Notes: generated by a model not told the origin, from the sequence alone. A stretch of 64,000 nt of DNA from an uncultured Spirochaetota bacterium (GCA_963781885.1 CAWAHW010000006.1:96001-160000), one strand, 5' to 3'. Positions 9,225 through 19,221 are shown, counted from the first letter of the stretch. Made by a program: numbers and translations.

Positions 9225-10364
9225 CTACGACAGGGGAAGCTCGAACCAGAATGTGCTCCCGGCCTCCAGGATGCTTTTCACGCCGATGGAGCCGCCATGC
9301 ATATCCACGGCCAGCTTGCAGAAGGTGAGACCGAGGCCGCTGGAGCTCTTCCTTTTTTCCGCCGAGCCGTCCACCTGCGCGAATTTCTCGAACACCCTCT
9401 CCAGTTGCCCGGGCGGAATCCCGATGCCGTTGTCGGCAACGGCGATCCTGACCGCCGACGGACCGCCGTCGACGGTGACCGCGATCTCGCCCTTGTCGCG
9501 ATCGGTGAACTTTATTGCGTTGCCGATGAGATTCTGGAGGATGCGGACAACGAGGTCGCGGTCTGCCGCCACGATCGGCGCCGGCTCCGAGACTGTCACG
9601 GTGAGCTTCCGCTTGCCGCCCAGAAGCCCGAGCTGACGGAAGACCTGGCGTACGAGCGCCCCGGGATCGCAGGGCTCCTTTGTCAATGGAAGCTTGCCCG
9701 CCTGCATGCGGCTCACGTCCAGGACGGAGCTCACCATGCCGATGAGGGCGATCACGGAGCCCTTCGCGTCATGGAGCACTGCCTTTGCGTCCGCGGAGAG
9801 CCCGGGCTCCGTCATCTCCAGGAGATCGAGACACCCGCCGACCACGGTGAGCGGGGTGCGCATGTCGTGGACGAGCATGTGCACGAAGTCGTCGCGCAAC
9901 GCCTCCAGGACGCGCAGGTTGTCGTTCGCGCCGGCCAGGTCGCGGTTGGAGGTCTCCAGCTCCCGCTGGAGGGCGCCGATGCGCAGATGCGTTTCCACGC
10001 GCGCCTTCACCTCCTCCACCTGGAACGGCTTCGTGATGTAGTCGACGCCGCCCGCACGGAACGCCTCGAGCTTGTCCGCCGCGTCTGCCAGGGCGCTCAG
10101 GAAGATCACCGGCACCTCCCGAAGCCTCTCGTCGGCCTTCAAGCGCCGGCACACCTCGTAACCGTCCATGTCCGGCATCCTGATGTCCAGGAGCACGAGA
10201 TCCGGCCGCTCGCTCTGGGCGGCGCCGAGCGCCAGGGCGCCGCTGGGTGTCGGGCGCGGCCTGTAGCCTGCCTGCGACAGCATCGAGGTGAGGACGTGGA
10301 GGTTGGCCGGCGTGTCGTCGACGATGAGGATGTTTGCGGGAGGAGCGCCATCTGCTTTTTGCAT
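9225..10364 (-). CDS. Hybrid response regulator-histidine kinase (REC-HisKA-HATPase)
   Basis: ILIVDDTPANL, DLVLLDIRMP, VHDMRTPL, NLIGNAIKFT, GLGLTFCK. Confidence 0.92.
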   Translation of the reverse strand: MQKADGAPPANILIVDDTPANLHVLTSMLSQAGYRPRPTPSGALALGAAQSERPDLVLLDIRMPDMDGYEVCRRLKADERLREVPVIFLSALADAADKLEAFRAGGVDYITKPFQVEEVKARVETHLRIGALQRELETSNRDLAGANDNLRVLEALRDDFVHMLVHDMRTPLTVVGGCLDLLEMTEPGLSADAKAVLHDAKGSVIALIGMVSSVLDVSRMQAGKLPLTKEPCDPGALVRQVFRQLGLLGGKRKLTVTVSEPAPIVAADRDLVVRILQNLIGNAIKFTDRDKGEIAVTVDGGPSAVRIAVADNGIGIPPGQLERVFEKFAQVDGSAEKRKSSSGLGLTFCKLAVDMHGGSIGVKSILEAGSTFWFELPLS

Positions 10365-10426
10365 GCGTTTGCCTTGAAAACGTATCACGCACGAGGCGGT
10401 GCCGCAACACGAACACGGTCGGAGAA

Positions 10427-10465
10427 TTAACCGAAAGCTAACGCGGGGTTCGAATTTTCTTAACC
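10427..10465 (+). promoter_or_regulatory. Putative Pho box upstream of the ABC importer
   Basis: TTAACC (10427), CTAACG (10438), TTCGAA (10449), TTAACC (10460): 11-bp period. Confidence 0.6.
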
Positions 10466-10526
10466 CACCCAGGGTACCCATTCTCTGTCCGCAGAATCGG
10501 ACCAATGCACGTAAGAAGGAGAACCT

Positions 10527-11696
10527 ATGAGGAAGATTCATGTTTCCCTCCTCGTCCTCGCCCTCCTGGCTGGCACCGCGGCCATGGCATCGGCAACGGG
10601 CACCCAGGAGACGAAGGCGGGCGCCCAGGAGATGAAGACGGGCACCCTCCTCACCATGGCCCCCGCGAATTTCGACGACCTGGTGGCCGCGGCGAAAAAG
10701 GAAGGACAGCTTTCCATCATCGCATCGCCGCGCGACTGGGCGAACTACGGTGAGATCATCGACACATATGCAAAGACCTATGGCATCAAGGTGAACGAGC
10801 TCAACCCCGAGGGGGGCTCGGGAGACGAGATCGAGGCGATCAAGGCCAATGAAAACAACGCGGGGCCCCAGGCGCCGGATCTCATCGACGTCGGTCTGAA
10901 GTTCGGCCCGCAGGCAAAGGCGGACGGCCTCCTGGCGCCCTACAAGGTGCGCACGTGGTCCACCATCCCCGACGGCGTGAAGGATGCCGACGGCTACTGG
11001 TACGGCAACTACTATGGCACCATGGCCTTCGAGGTGAACCTCGACGTCGTGAAGGTCCCCCCGCAAGATTGGTCCGACCTCCTGCAGCCCATGTACAAGG
11101 GCCAGGTCGCCCTCGCCGGTGATCCTCGGACTGCCAACCAGGCCATCATGGCGGTGCTCGCCGCGGGCCTGGGCAACAATGGGACCCTGGACAACTATGC
11201 GCCGGCCATCGATTTCTTCTCGAAGCTCAATGCGGCGGGCAACTTTGTGCCCCTCATCGCGGACGGAGGAACGGTGGCGTCGGGTGAGACCCCGATCACG
11301 TTCCGCTGGGACTACAACGCGATGGCCAACCGGGACAAGTCTGACGGCAACCCCAACATCGGCGTCATCATCCCCACGTCCGGCCAGGTCGCCGGCGTCT
11401 ACGCGGACGCCATCAGCAAGTACGCCCCGCATCCCAACGCGGCCCGGCTGTGGATGGAGTTCGTCTACTCGGACCAGGGCCAGCTCATGTGGCTGAAGGG
11501 CGGCGCCCATCCGATCCGCTACTCCGACCTTGCCGCGCGCAAAGTGATTCCGGCCGACATCGCGGCGATGCTCCCGGACGCGACGGCCTATTCCAAGGTT
11601 GTCTTCCCGACGCTCGACCAGCAGACCGCCGTTGCGAAGTACATCAACGACAACTGGGATTCGGTGGTGGGCGTGACCGTGCAGGCCAAGCAGTAG
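10527..11696 (+). CDS. ABC transporter substrate-binding protein (PotD/PhnS/Fe-like family)
   Basis: Signal peptide; AAAKKEGQL, PQDWSDLL, APHPNAARLW. Confidence 0.88.
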   Translation: MRKIHVSLLVLALLAGTAAMASATGTQETKAGAQEMKTGTLLTMAPANFDDLVAAAKKEGQLSIIASPRDWANYGEIIDTYAKTYGIKVNELNPEGGSGDEIEAIKANENNAGPQAPDLIDVGLKFGPQAKADGLLAPYKVRTWSTIPDGVKDADGYWYGNYYGTMAFEVNLDVVKVPPQDWSDLLQPMYKGQVALAGDPRTANQAIMAVLAAGLGNNGTLDNYAPAIDFFSKLNAAGNFVPLIADGGTVASGETPITFRWDYNAMANRDKSDGNPNIGVIIPTSGQVAGVYADAISKYAPHPNAARLWMEFVYSDQGQLMWLKGGAHPIRYSDLAARKVIPADIAAMLPDATAYSKVVFPTLDQQTAVAKYINDNWDSVVGVTVQAKQ

Positions 11697-11697
11697 A

Positions 11698-12603
11698 TTG
11701 AGCAGCTCCTCCCTTCCATTGGTGCAGAGAGGCGCGCCGGCGGCGCGCCTCTCCCTTTCGCGCATCATCGGTCGCTGGGTGCCGTTGGTGCCCTTCTTCC
11801 TGTTCGCGCTTCTTTTCATGCTCCTGCCCGCGGCAATGCTTTTTATCGGGAGCTTCCTCGACATTCACGGGCATTTCACGCTCATGAACTTCGTCCACCT
11901 TTTCCGGCCCTCGATCCTCACCTCCTATCGCCTGAGTCTCGAGGTGAGCCTGGTGAGCGCGCTGGGCGGCGCCATCCTCGGATTCCTGGTGGCATACGCC
12001 GTCACGCTCGGCGGGCTGCCGCGGGGGGTGCGGGAGTTCCTTCTCACTTTCAGCGGCGTCGCCTCGAACTTCGCCGGGGTCCCTCTTGCCTTTGCGTTCA
12101 TCTCCACGCTCGGCCGCGTGGGTTTCGTGACGGTGCTGTTGAAACAGCTTTTCGGCATCAGCCTCTACGACGCCGGTTTCAATCTCTACAGCTTCTGGGG
12201 GCTGACCCTCACCTACCTCTATTTCCAGCTTCCCCTCATGATCCTGATGATCACCCCGGCGCTGGACGGCATGAAGAAGGAATGGCGCGAGGCCTGCGAG
12301 AATCTGGGCGCGAGCCGCCCGCAGTATTGGTGGCATCTCGCGCTGCCCATCCTCATGCCTTCCCTGCTTTCCTCCACGATTCTCCTCTTCGGGAACTCAT
12401 TCGGCGCGTATGCAACGGCGTACGCTCTGACGGGCGGTTTCATCAACCTCATCACGATCCAGATCGGGGCGCAGCTGCGGGGCGACGTGCTGCACGACCC
12501 CAATCTCGGCTACGCGATGGCATTCGGCATGGTCATCGTCATGACCGCGACGATCCTGGCCTATTCGGCATTGCAGAAAAGGGCATCGCGATGGCGCGCG
12601 TGA
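11698..12603 (+). CDS. ABC permease (PotB-like)
   Basis: Hydrophobic; EAA loop EWREACENLGA. Confidence 0.88.
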   Translation: MSSSSLPLVQRGAPAARLSLSRIIGRWVPLVPFFLFALLFMLLPAAMLFIGSFLDIHGHFTLMNFVHLFRPSILTSYRLSLEVSLVSALGGAILGFLVAYAVTLGGLPRGVREFLLTFSGVASNFAGVPLAFAFISTLGRVGFVTVLLKQLFGISLYDAGFNLYSFWGLTLTYLYFQLPLMILMITPALDGMKKEWREACENLGASRPQYWWHLALPILMPSLLSSTILLFGNSFGAYATAYALTGGFINLITIQIGAQLRGDVLHDPNLGYAMAFGMVIVMTATILAYSALQKRASRWRA

Positions 12604-13379
12604 AAAACCGCGCGGTCTCGTGGCTGTTTCTTGCCCTGGCGGGGCTGTACTTCCTGGTCCCGCTCCTGGGCACGTTCCTCTTCTCCTTGCGCGCCCGCAA
12701 AGGGGTCTTGAGCTTCCTCGCGTATGCGCGTGTGTTTTCCGATCCCCACTTCCTCGGCACCTTCACCTTTTCCCTGGAGATGGCGGCGCTCACGATCATC
12801 GTCGGGCTGGTCCTCCTGGTGCCGACGACGATCTGGGTGCACTTGCGGCTCCCCGCGGCTCTTCCGCTCATTGAGGTATTCGCGCTGCTGCCATTCGTGA
12901 TTCCGCCGATCGTGCTCGTCTTCGGTCTCATCCGCACGTACAGCCGTCCGCCAATCGCGCTGACAGGCACACCCGTCCTTCTCGTCGCCGGCTACGTGGT
13001 GATCTCTTTTCCCTATATCTTCCGGGCAATCGACACGGGGCTTCGCTCCATTGACCTGCGCCGTCTCGTGGAGGCGTCCCAGAGCCTGGGCGCAGGGTGG
13101 GGGCGCACGCTATTGCGCGTGATCGTGCCGAGCATCCGCGTATCGCTGCTCAGCGCCGCCTTTCTCACCATCGCCATCGTGATCGGGGAGCTGACGCTTG
13201 CCGTCATGCTCAACTGGCCGGCGTTCGGCCCCTATATGGCACTCATGGGAAGGACCCTGGCGTATGAGCCCGCGGCGCTCGCCATCCTGAGCTTCCTCTT
13301 CACGTGGGCGTCAATCGGGCTCCTCCAGGCGGCAAGCCGGGGTCTCGGCGGTCAGGCGACCGCAGCCGGGCCCCACTAG
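12591..13379 (+). CDS. ABC permease (PotC-like)
   Basis: Hydrophobic; LVEASQSLGAG. Confidence 0.88.
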   Translation: MARVKNRAVSWLFLALAGLYFLVPLLGTFLFSLRARKGVLSFLAYARVFSDPHFLGTFTFSLEMAALTIIVGLVLLVPTTIWVHLRLPAALPLIEVFALLPFVIPPIVLVFGLIRTYSRPPIALTGTPVLLVAGYVVISFPYIFRAIDTGLRSIDLRRLVEASQSLGAGWGRTLLRVIVPSIRVSLLSAAFLTIAIVIGELTLAVMLNWPAFGPYMALMGRTLAYEPAALAILSFLFTWASIGLLQAASRGLGGQATAAGPH

Positions 13380-13393
13380 AAAGAGGGCACAGC

Positions 13394-14455
13394 ATGGCAT
13401 TCGTCGAGCTTCGCGACATCACAAAGCAATTCGGCAGGCACACCGCCGTGCAGTCGTTCTCACTCGACGTCGCGGAAGGGGAGTTCGTTTCCTTCCTCGG
13501 CGGCTCGGGCTGCGGCAAGACCACGACGCTGCGCATGATTGCCGGCTTCGAGACGCCGACCGAGGGGCGCATCTGCATCGGGGGGGCGAATGTCGTCGAC
13601 GTCCGGCCGAATCGTCGGGACGTGGGCATGGTGTTCCAAAACTACGCGCTCTTCCCCACCATGACGGCGCGCCAGAATATCGGCTTCGGGCTGAAGATGC
13701 GCCGACGCCATCCGCAGGAGGTCGAGCGCCGGGTGGGCGAGATGCTCGAGCTCATCCACATGCAGGATTTCGGCAACCGCTACCCTCACCAGCTCTCCGG
13801 CGGGCAGCAGCAGCGCATTGCCCTTGCACGCGCCATCGCACCGGAGCCGCGCGTGCTGCTCCTGGACGAGCCGCTGTCGGCGCTGGATGCGAAGATACGC
13901 GTGCGTCTTCGCGGCGAGATCCGCGCGATCCAGCAGCAGCTGGGTATCACGACTATCTACGTGACCCACGACCAGGAGGAGGCTCTCTCCATCTCCGACC
14001 GAATCGTCGTCATGCGCGACGGAAGGATCGAGCAGGTGGGCACGCCATCCGAGATCTACAACAGGCCCGCCACGGGTTTCGTCGCCTCTTTTATCGGAAC
14101 GCTGAACGTCGTGCCCGCGACGGTGCTTGACGCGGCGGGGGGCCGGCTCGCGGTGGAAGGGCAGGAAATCAAGGTGACGCAGGCCCTGCCGGCGCGGCAC
14201 GGGGACGCCGTGCGCCTTTCCGTGCGGCCCGAGTCGATTGCACTGCACAACGGCAATGCGGACGGCAATCACCTGGTGGGCACGCTCGCAAGCGTCCTGT
14301 TTCTCGGCTCCATTGTGCGTCTGGTGGTCCGCATCGGCGGCCGCGAGCTTCTGGTGGATACCTTCAATGCGCCGCACCTGGCGCTGCCGGACGTTGGCGC
14401 GGCGGTGACGCTCGGCTTCTCACCGGAATCCTGCATCCTCCTGCCGGCGGAATAG
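13394..14455 (+). CDS. ABC ATPase (PotA-like, TOBE domain)
   Basis: [43 protein letters not shown]. Confidence 0.92.
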   Translation: MAFVELRDITKQFGRHTAVQSFSLDVAEGEFVSFLGGSGCGKTTTLRMIAGFETPTEGRICIGGANVVDVRPNRRDVGMVFQNYALFPTMTARQNIGFGLKMRRRHPQEVERRVGEMLELIHMQDFGNRYPHQLSGGQQQRIALARAIAPEPRVLLLDEPLSALDAKIRVRLRGEIRAIQQQLGITTIYVTHDQEEALSISDRIVVMRDGRIEQVGTPSEIYNRPATGFVASFIGTLNVVPATVLDAAGGRLAVEGQEIKVTQALPARHGDAVRLSVRPESIALHNGNADGNHLVGTLASVLFLGSIVRLVVRIGGRELLVDTFNAPHLALPDVGAAVTLGFSPESCILLPAE

Positions 14456-14474
14456 GGCGCCGCGCGCCGCGATT

Positions 14475-15248
14475 TCAGCTCCGCGCCTTGTTCCTGCCGG
14501 CGATGACGCGCAGCCCGTCGAGCGTGAGCCACTGCTCGTGCACCACCGCCTCCCCGAGGAGGGGCGCCATGACCTGCGACTGGCCGCCCGTGACGACGAC
14601 CGCGGCGCTCCCGCCCAGCTCCGCGCGCATGCGGCGGATGATCTCACCGACCAGCCCGATGTAGCCGAAGACGAGGCCTGCCTGGATGGAATGCGTGGTG
14701 TTGCGCCCGCACGCCACCGGGGGAGGCGCGAGCGGGACCGTGGGAAGCTGCGCCGTGTTGCGCGCCAGCGCCTCCATCGCGGAGGTGAGCCCCGGCGCGA
14801 TGGCGACGCCGCGCAGCTCGCCCGATGCCGCGACGGCCGTGAAGGAGAGCGCCGTGCCGAAATCCACGACGATGCAGTTGTCGTGGAATCGGTTGAGGGC
14901 GGCGACGGCGTTCGCCACGAGGTCAGCGCCGACCTCCGCGGGATTTTCCGTGGTGATGGAGAGGCCCAGATCGAGGTTCGAGGAGAGCAGGAGGGGGGCC
15001 TTTCCCGAGAGCTCGCGGATGGTGTCGGCGATGGTCACCGTCAACGGGGGCACGACGGAAGAGAGGATGGCGGAATCGACGCGGTCCGGGCGGCGCCCGG
15101 CCGCCTCGAACAGCGCACGGAAGGTGACGAGGTATTCGTCGGCGGTCCGGGCATGCACGGTCTGGATGCGCCAGCGCCGCGTCCACTCCGTGCCCTCGAA
15201 CGTCCCCAGGGTGATGTGAGAATTGCCGACCGACACTGCAAACAGCAT
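14475..15248 (-). CDS. coaX: Type III pantothenate kinase
   Basis: VSVGNSHI, SSVVP, GADLVAN, VVDFGTA, IAPG, VTGG, LTLDGL. Confidence 0.88.
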   Translation of the reverse strand: MLFAVSVGNSHITLGTFEGTEWTRRWRIQTVHARTADEYLVTFRALFEAAGRRPDRVDSAILSSVVPPLTVTIADTIRELSGKAPLLLSSNLDLGLSITTENPAEVGADLVANAVAALNRFHDNCIVVDFGTALSFTAVAASGELRGVAIAPGLTSAMEALARNTAQLPTVPLAPPPVACGRNTTHSIQAGLVFGYIGLVGEIIRRMRAELGGSAAVVVTGGQSQVMAPLLGEAVVHEQWLTLDGLRVIAGRNKARS

Positions 15249-15361
15249 CAGGTTCCCCCTTGCGCGCGGTATGGGTCTCAATGTAGCCGCATGGCGGGCC
15301 CTGTCAACAATTGTGCGATTTTCTTGAGAGGGGCCGGCCCGCTCACTATACTATTCATTGA

Positions 15362-16732
15362 ATGGTCGACGTGAGGAAACTCATGCGGTCCATCCCGGTC
15401 TTCCCGACCGAGGGCACCGCAAAAATCATCTATAACGCCTTTCTCATCATCGCCTCGCTGGCAGGCACGATGATCACCTCGTATCGTCTCACGTTCCGCA
15501 TCTATGACTTCGACGCCATCTACTGGATCATCACCGCCGTCTACCTCGTGGACATACCGTACACATTCAACCAGTCGGTGAAGAAAGGATTGACCGTCTA
15601 CACCGACAGGAGGAATATCGCCCGGCTCTATCTGCGTGGCTGGTTCGCCGTGGACGCGATTGCCGCCCTCCCGCTCACCTGGTTCTTCTTCATCGCCTCT
15701 CTCTGGAATCCCAGCGCCCAGGTGGAAGTGGGAGCCGCGGTGGACATCATCATGGTCACCAAGATCCTGAAGATGGTGAAGATCAGCAAGGTGAGCGCGA
15801 TCTTCAACGACATCAAGAACAGCCTGTCGGTGAATCCCGCCCTCATGCGCCTGGTGACATTCGCGTTCTGGTTTGTCACGGTGGTCCACCTCATGGCATG
15901 CGGCTGGGTGCTCATCGGGGCGAGCGAGCATCAGCGCAGCCCCTTCGACCAGTACCTGCGCGGGGTGTACTGGTGCGTGACCACCATCGCCACCATCGGC
16001 TACGGGGACTACACGCCCAACCACGACAGCAACCTGCAGATCATCTACACGATCGCGGTGATGGTCTTCGGCGTCGGCATGTACGGCTACATCATCGGCA
16101 ACGTCGCCACCCTCATCGCCAATCTCGACGTCGCGCGAGCCAACTACCAGGCAAAGATGGAGGAGATCAACGATTTCCTCCGCACGAAGCGCGTACCGGG
16201 CGGTCTCCAGTCGCGGGTGCGCAACTACTACGCCTACCTCTGGGAGACGCAGAAGAGCATCGCCTCCATACCGATCACCGAAGAGCTGCCCCACACGCTC
16301 GCCATGGAGATCCTGCTCTTCCTCAACAGGTCCATTTTGGAAAAGGTGACGCTGTTCAAGAGCGCGAACGAGATCTTCATCCGCGAGATCGTGCAGCTCC
16401 TGCGGCCGATGGTCTTCCTGCCCGACGACTACATCATCCGGCAGGGGGAATACGGGGACTGCATGTACTTCCTCTCCAACGGCGACGTCGAGGTCGTCGT
16501 GAACGGCGTCCGCGTCGCGACCCTCGGCCAGGGCTCGCCCTTCGGGGAGACGGCGCTCATCCAGGGGGAGAAGCGCATGGCGAGCATCCGCGCCCTTTCC
16601 TATTGCGACGTGTACAAGCTCTCCAAGACCGACTTCGACGCGCTGCGTGCCCACTACCCGGACTTCGACGCCGAGGTGAAAAAGGTCGTGGAAGCGCGTC
16701 TCAAGGACACGCAGGAGAAGACCCAGAAATAG
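15362..16732 (+). CDS. Cyclic-nucleotide-gated K+ channel (SthK-like)
   Basis: 6-TM region, TTIATIGYGD filter, C-linker, CNBD with FGETALI..RMASIRA. Confidence 0.9.
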   Translation: MVDVRKLMRSIPVFPTEGTAKIIYNAFLIIASLAGTMITSYRLTFRIYDFDAIYWIITAVYLVDIPYTFNQSVKKGLTVYTDRRNIARLYLRGWFAVDAIAALPLTWFFFIASLWNPSAQVEVGAAVDIIMVTKILKMVKISKVSAIFNDIKNSLSVNPALMRLVTFAFWFVTVVHLMACGWVLIGASEHQRSPFDQYLRGVYWCVTTIATIGYGDYTPNHDSNLQIIYTIAVMVFGVGMYGYIIGNVATLIANLDVARANYQAKMEEINDFLRTKRVPGGLQSRVRNYYAYLWETQKSIASIPITEELPHTLAMEILLFLNRSILEKVTLFKSANEIFIREIVQLLRPMVFLPDDYIIRQGEYGDCMYFLSNGDVEVVVNGVRVATLGQGSPFGETALIQGEKRMASIRALSYCDVYKLSKTDFDALRAHYPDFDAEVKKVVEARLKDTQEKTQK

Positions 16733-16761
16733 CCCTCGCCCGCCTGCTGCATCAGCCGGGG

Positions 16762-17982
16762 CTACGCGCCCGGCGATCCGGTGGAGCTCGCCGACGCGGC
16801 CGGTGGCCGCGTCTTCAGCATCGTCCTCCCGACGAAAACGGCGAGCCCCGCCATGATCAGCGCCCCCAGCACGCCCATGGACCACGATCCGAGCTGGCCG
16901 AGGAGGAATCCCCCCACCACCGGGCCGATCACCTGTGTGAGGCTCTGGAGGGAGCTGGAGAGGCCGAGGGTTCCCCCGACGTCGTCGCGCGTGACGGACT
17001 TCGTGAGCGCGCTGTTGAGCACGGTGCCGAGCACGCCGGCCGCCAGCGCCATGGGGGCGAAGACGATCATGAGGAGCGGGATGCTGCCGACGAAGCCCCA
17101 GGCGAGCAAGGTGATCCCCACGACGATCACCCCGGCCTGGATGAGCATCGGCTCGGAGAAGCGCGCCGTGAGCGGGCCGATGGCGAATGCCTGGACGAGC
17201 ACCGTGATCACCCCGACGTAGGCGAGGATGTATCCCGTCACGGCCGCGGCGAGGTGAAGCCGCACGAGCGCGTACAGGGTGAATGTCGACGTGAAGATGC
17301 CGAAGGCAAGCGAATAGAAGAACAGCGTGTTGAGGATCGGGCCGACGCGCGGCGTGCGCAGGGCGGCAAAGAGCGCGGACGCGGTGACCGCCGGCCGCGT
17401 CACGATTGCAAGCTCCGCGCGTCTTTGCGCGGAGAGGGATTCCGGCAGCGCGGCGAGGATCCAGATGAAGTTCACCAGGGCGAGCCCCGCCGCCACGAGC
17501 GCCGGTGTGCCATAGCCCCAGGTGGAGAGAAAACCGCCCATTGCCGGACCGACGATGAATCCAATCCCGAACGCGGAGCCCAGGATGCCGAGACTCTTTG
17601 CCCGGTTTTTCTCATCGGTCATGTCCGTGATGTAGGCCTGGGCAAGGGCGAGGTTGCCGCCGAGCAGGCCGTTGATGATCCGGCTGGCAAATATCGTCGT
17701 GAGGGACCGCGCGAATCCCAGCATGATGAAGCAGGCGAAGCCCGCGAAGGTGCCCAGGAGCAGGAGAGGCCGACGACCGAACCTGTCCGACAGGCGCCCG
17801 ATGATGGGCGCGGCAATGACTTGCGCGAGCGCGTTCGCCGTGCCCAGAAGCCCGATCACGAACGGGGTTGCGGAGAACGTCTTTGCGTAGTACGGAAGCA
17901 GGGGAAGGATGAGGCTGTAGCCGAGCAGGTCCACGACCACGAACACGAAGAGGATGGGCAGGGGGCTCGCCTTGGCGCGCAT
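16762..17982 (-). CDS. MFS transporter (TetA/DHA1-like)
   Basis: LILPLLPYYA, GRLSDRFGRRP, AYITD, GFIVGPAMGG. Confidence 0.9.
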   Translation of the reverse strand: MRAKASPLPILFVFVVVDLLGYSLILPLLPYYAKTFSATPFVIGLLGTANALAQVIAAPIIGRLSDRFGRRPLLLLGTFAGFACFIMLGFARSLTTIFASRIINGLLGGNLALAQAYITDMTDEKNRAKSLGILGSAFGIGFIVGPAMGGFLSTWGYGTPALVAAGLALVNFIWILAALPESLSAQRRAELAIVTRPAVTASALFAALRTPRVGPILNTLFFYSLAFGIFTSTFTLYALVRLHLAAAVTGYILAYVGVITVLVQAFAIGPLTARFSEPMLIQAGVIVVGITLLAWGFVGSIPLLMIVFAPMALAAGVLGTVLNSALTKSVTRDDVGGTLGLSSSLQSLTQVIGPVVGGFLLGQLGSWSMGVLGALIMAGLAVFVGRTMLKTRPPAASASSTGSPGA

Positions 17983-18044
17983 CGAGTGAAAATACGGCCG
18001 TATCCTGCGCGCGGTCAAACGCCGCGGACCCGAGGCCTCCTCTC

Positions 18045-19049
18045 CTACGCCGCCTCCTCCTGGATTCCTCGCATTGCCCGGTACCAGGCGAGCGTGCGCC
18101 GGACGCCTTCCTCCAGCGTCGTCGGTGAGAATCCGAAACGCGACTGGAACCTGCCGCCATCCACGACGTACGGCTCTTCCTTCTGGTAGAGCACGTCCAC
18201 CACCTCGCGCAGAAGAGGGCTCACGATGCCGGCGGCCCGCAGCACCCCCCGGGGGATGCGCCCCAGCTCGGTGCCGCGCCCCGCGGCCGTGAAGAAAAGG
18301 CGCGCCACGTCGCGCGTCGTGAGCGTCCGGTCGTTCGGCACGATCCAGACACCGCCGTGCGCGGCGGGGTCCAGTGCCGCCGTGGCAAGCGCGCGGCCGT
18401 AGTCTTCAATGTAGGTGTAGGTGTGGGGCATATCCACATCGCCGATCATGGCAGGACGCTTTCCCGCGAAAAGGGGATCGAGAAAGCGCTCGGTGCCGAA
18501 GACGCTCTGGAGCATGCCGCCGGGCCCATAGTAGTCCGATGCGCGCACGACGGTCCAGGAAAGGCCCGTGCGCCCCGCCGCATCGACGAGCCTTTCGTGC
18601 AGCGCCTTCTGCAGCCTGCCCTTGCGTGACGGTGCTTCCTCGCGCGTCGTCTCCGTGATGACGGGGACGCCCCGGCTGTACATGTAGAGATTCTGAGCGA
18701 TGGCGATCACCGCCCCATTGATGCGGGCGGCTTCCAGCATATTGGCGTGCAGCGGCGGCAGGATCCTCTCCCAATCCCGGTAGAGGACATTCGCGCAGTG
18801 GTAGATGTGCGAGGCTCCGCGCGTTGCCGCGATCAACGCCTGCCGGTCCAGCGCGTCGACCGCCTGTATCTGGAGCCTTCCCCGTTCTTCCCGGGTGAGA
18901 TCGTCAAGGAATACCGACGGCCGCCTTCCCGATTTGCCGAGCATGCTCACGCGCAGGCCCCTCTTTAAAAGGGTTTTCGCGGTCGAGGCCCCGACGGGTC
19001 CCGTGCCGAGCACAACGTGCGCTTTGTCCGCCGAACCAGCCAAGCTCAT
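18045..19049 (-). CDS. NAD-dependent epimerase/dehydratase family protein
   Basis: VLGTGPVG Rossmann motif, NLYMY, RASDYYGP, TTLEEG; GGAGG RBS. Confidence 0.85.
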   Translation of the reverse strand: MSLAGSADKAHVVLGTGPVGASTAKTLLKRGLRVSMLGKSGRRPSVFLDDLTREERGRLQIQAVDALDRQALIAATRGASHIYHCANVLYRDWERILPPLHANMLEAARINGAVIAIAQNLYMYSRGVPVITETTREEAPSRKGRLQKALHERLVDAAGRTGLSWTVVRASDYYGPGGMLQSVFGTERFLDPLFAGKRPAMIGDVDMPHTYTYIEDYGRALATAALDPAAHGGVWIVPNDRTLTTRDVARLFFTAAGRGTELGRIPRGVLRAAGIVSPLLREVVDVLYQKEEPYVVDGGRFQSRFGFSPTTLEEGVRRTLAWYRAMRGIQEEAA

Positions 19050-19060
19050 TTTGAACCTCC

Positions 19061-19079
19061 ATGTAGGCATTGCCAACAT
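19061..19079. promoter_or_regulatory. Palindromic operator upstream of the epimerase
   Basis: ATGTAGGCA-T-TGCCAACAT near-perfect inverted repeat. Confidence 0.5.
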
Positions 19080-19089
19080 TTCAAGAAGA

Positions 19090-19197
19090 CACTGGGTGCA
19101 CGGGTGGGCGACGCTCCTCATTGACGATCTCCTGCCGCAGTGGCTGGCCGGAGACGGCGATGCATGGATCGCGCACGCGCAGGCGCTCCTCATGTGA
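19090..19197 (+). pseudogene. C-terminal remnant of a TetR/WHG-type regulator
   Basis: Frame reads HWVHGWATLLIDDLL...LM*; no start codon or HTH; divergent from the epimerase. Confidence 0.4.
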
Positions 19198-19221
19198 CGG
19201 CCCGCCCGCTTCACCGCCTTC

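Noticed and set aside
9225-11864. 879-aa minus-strand ORF
   Set aside because: Only 9225..10364 has domains; the rest is antisense shadow of the ABC binding protein.
15898-18189. Long overlapping ORFs (also 22669..24765, 38433..40205, 44141..45964)
   Set aside because: Shadow ORFs typical of high-GC DNA, with no motifs.
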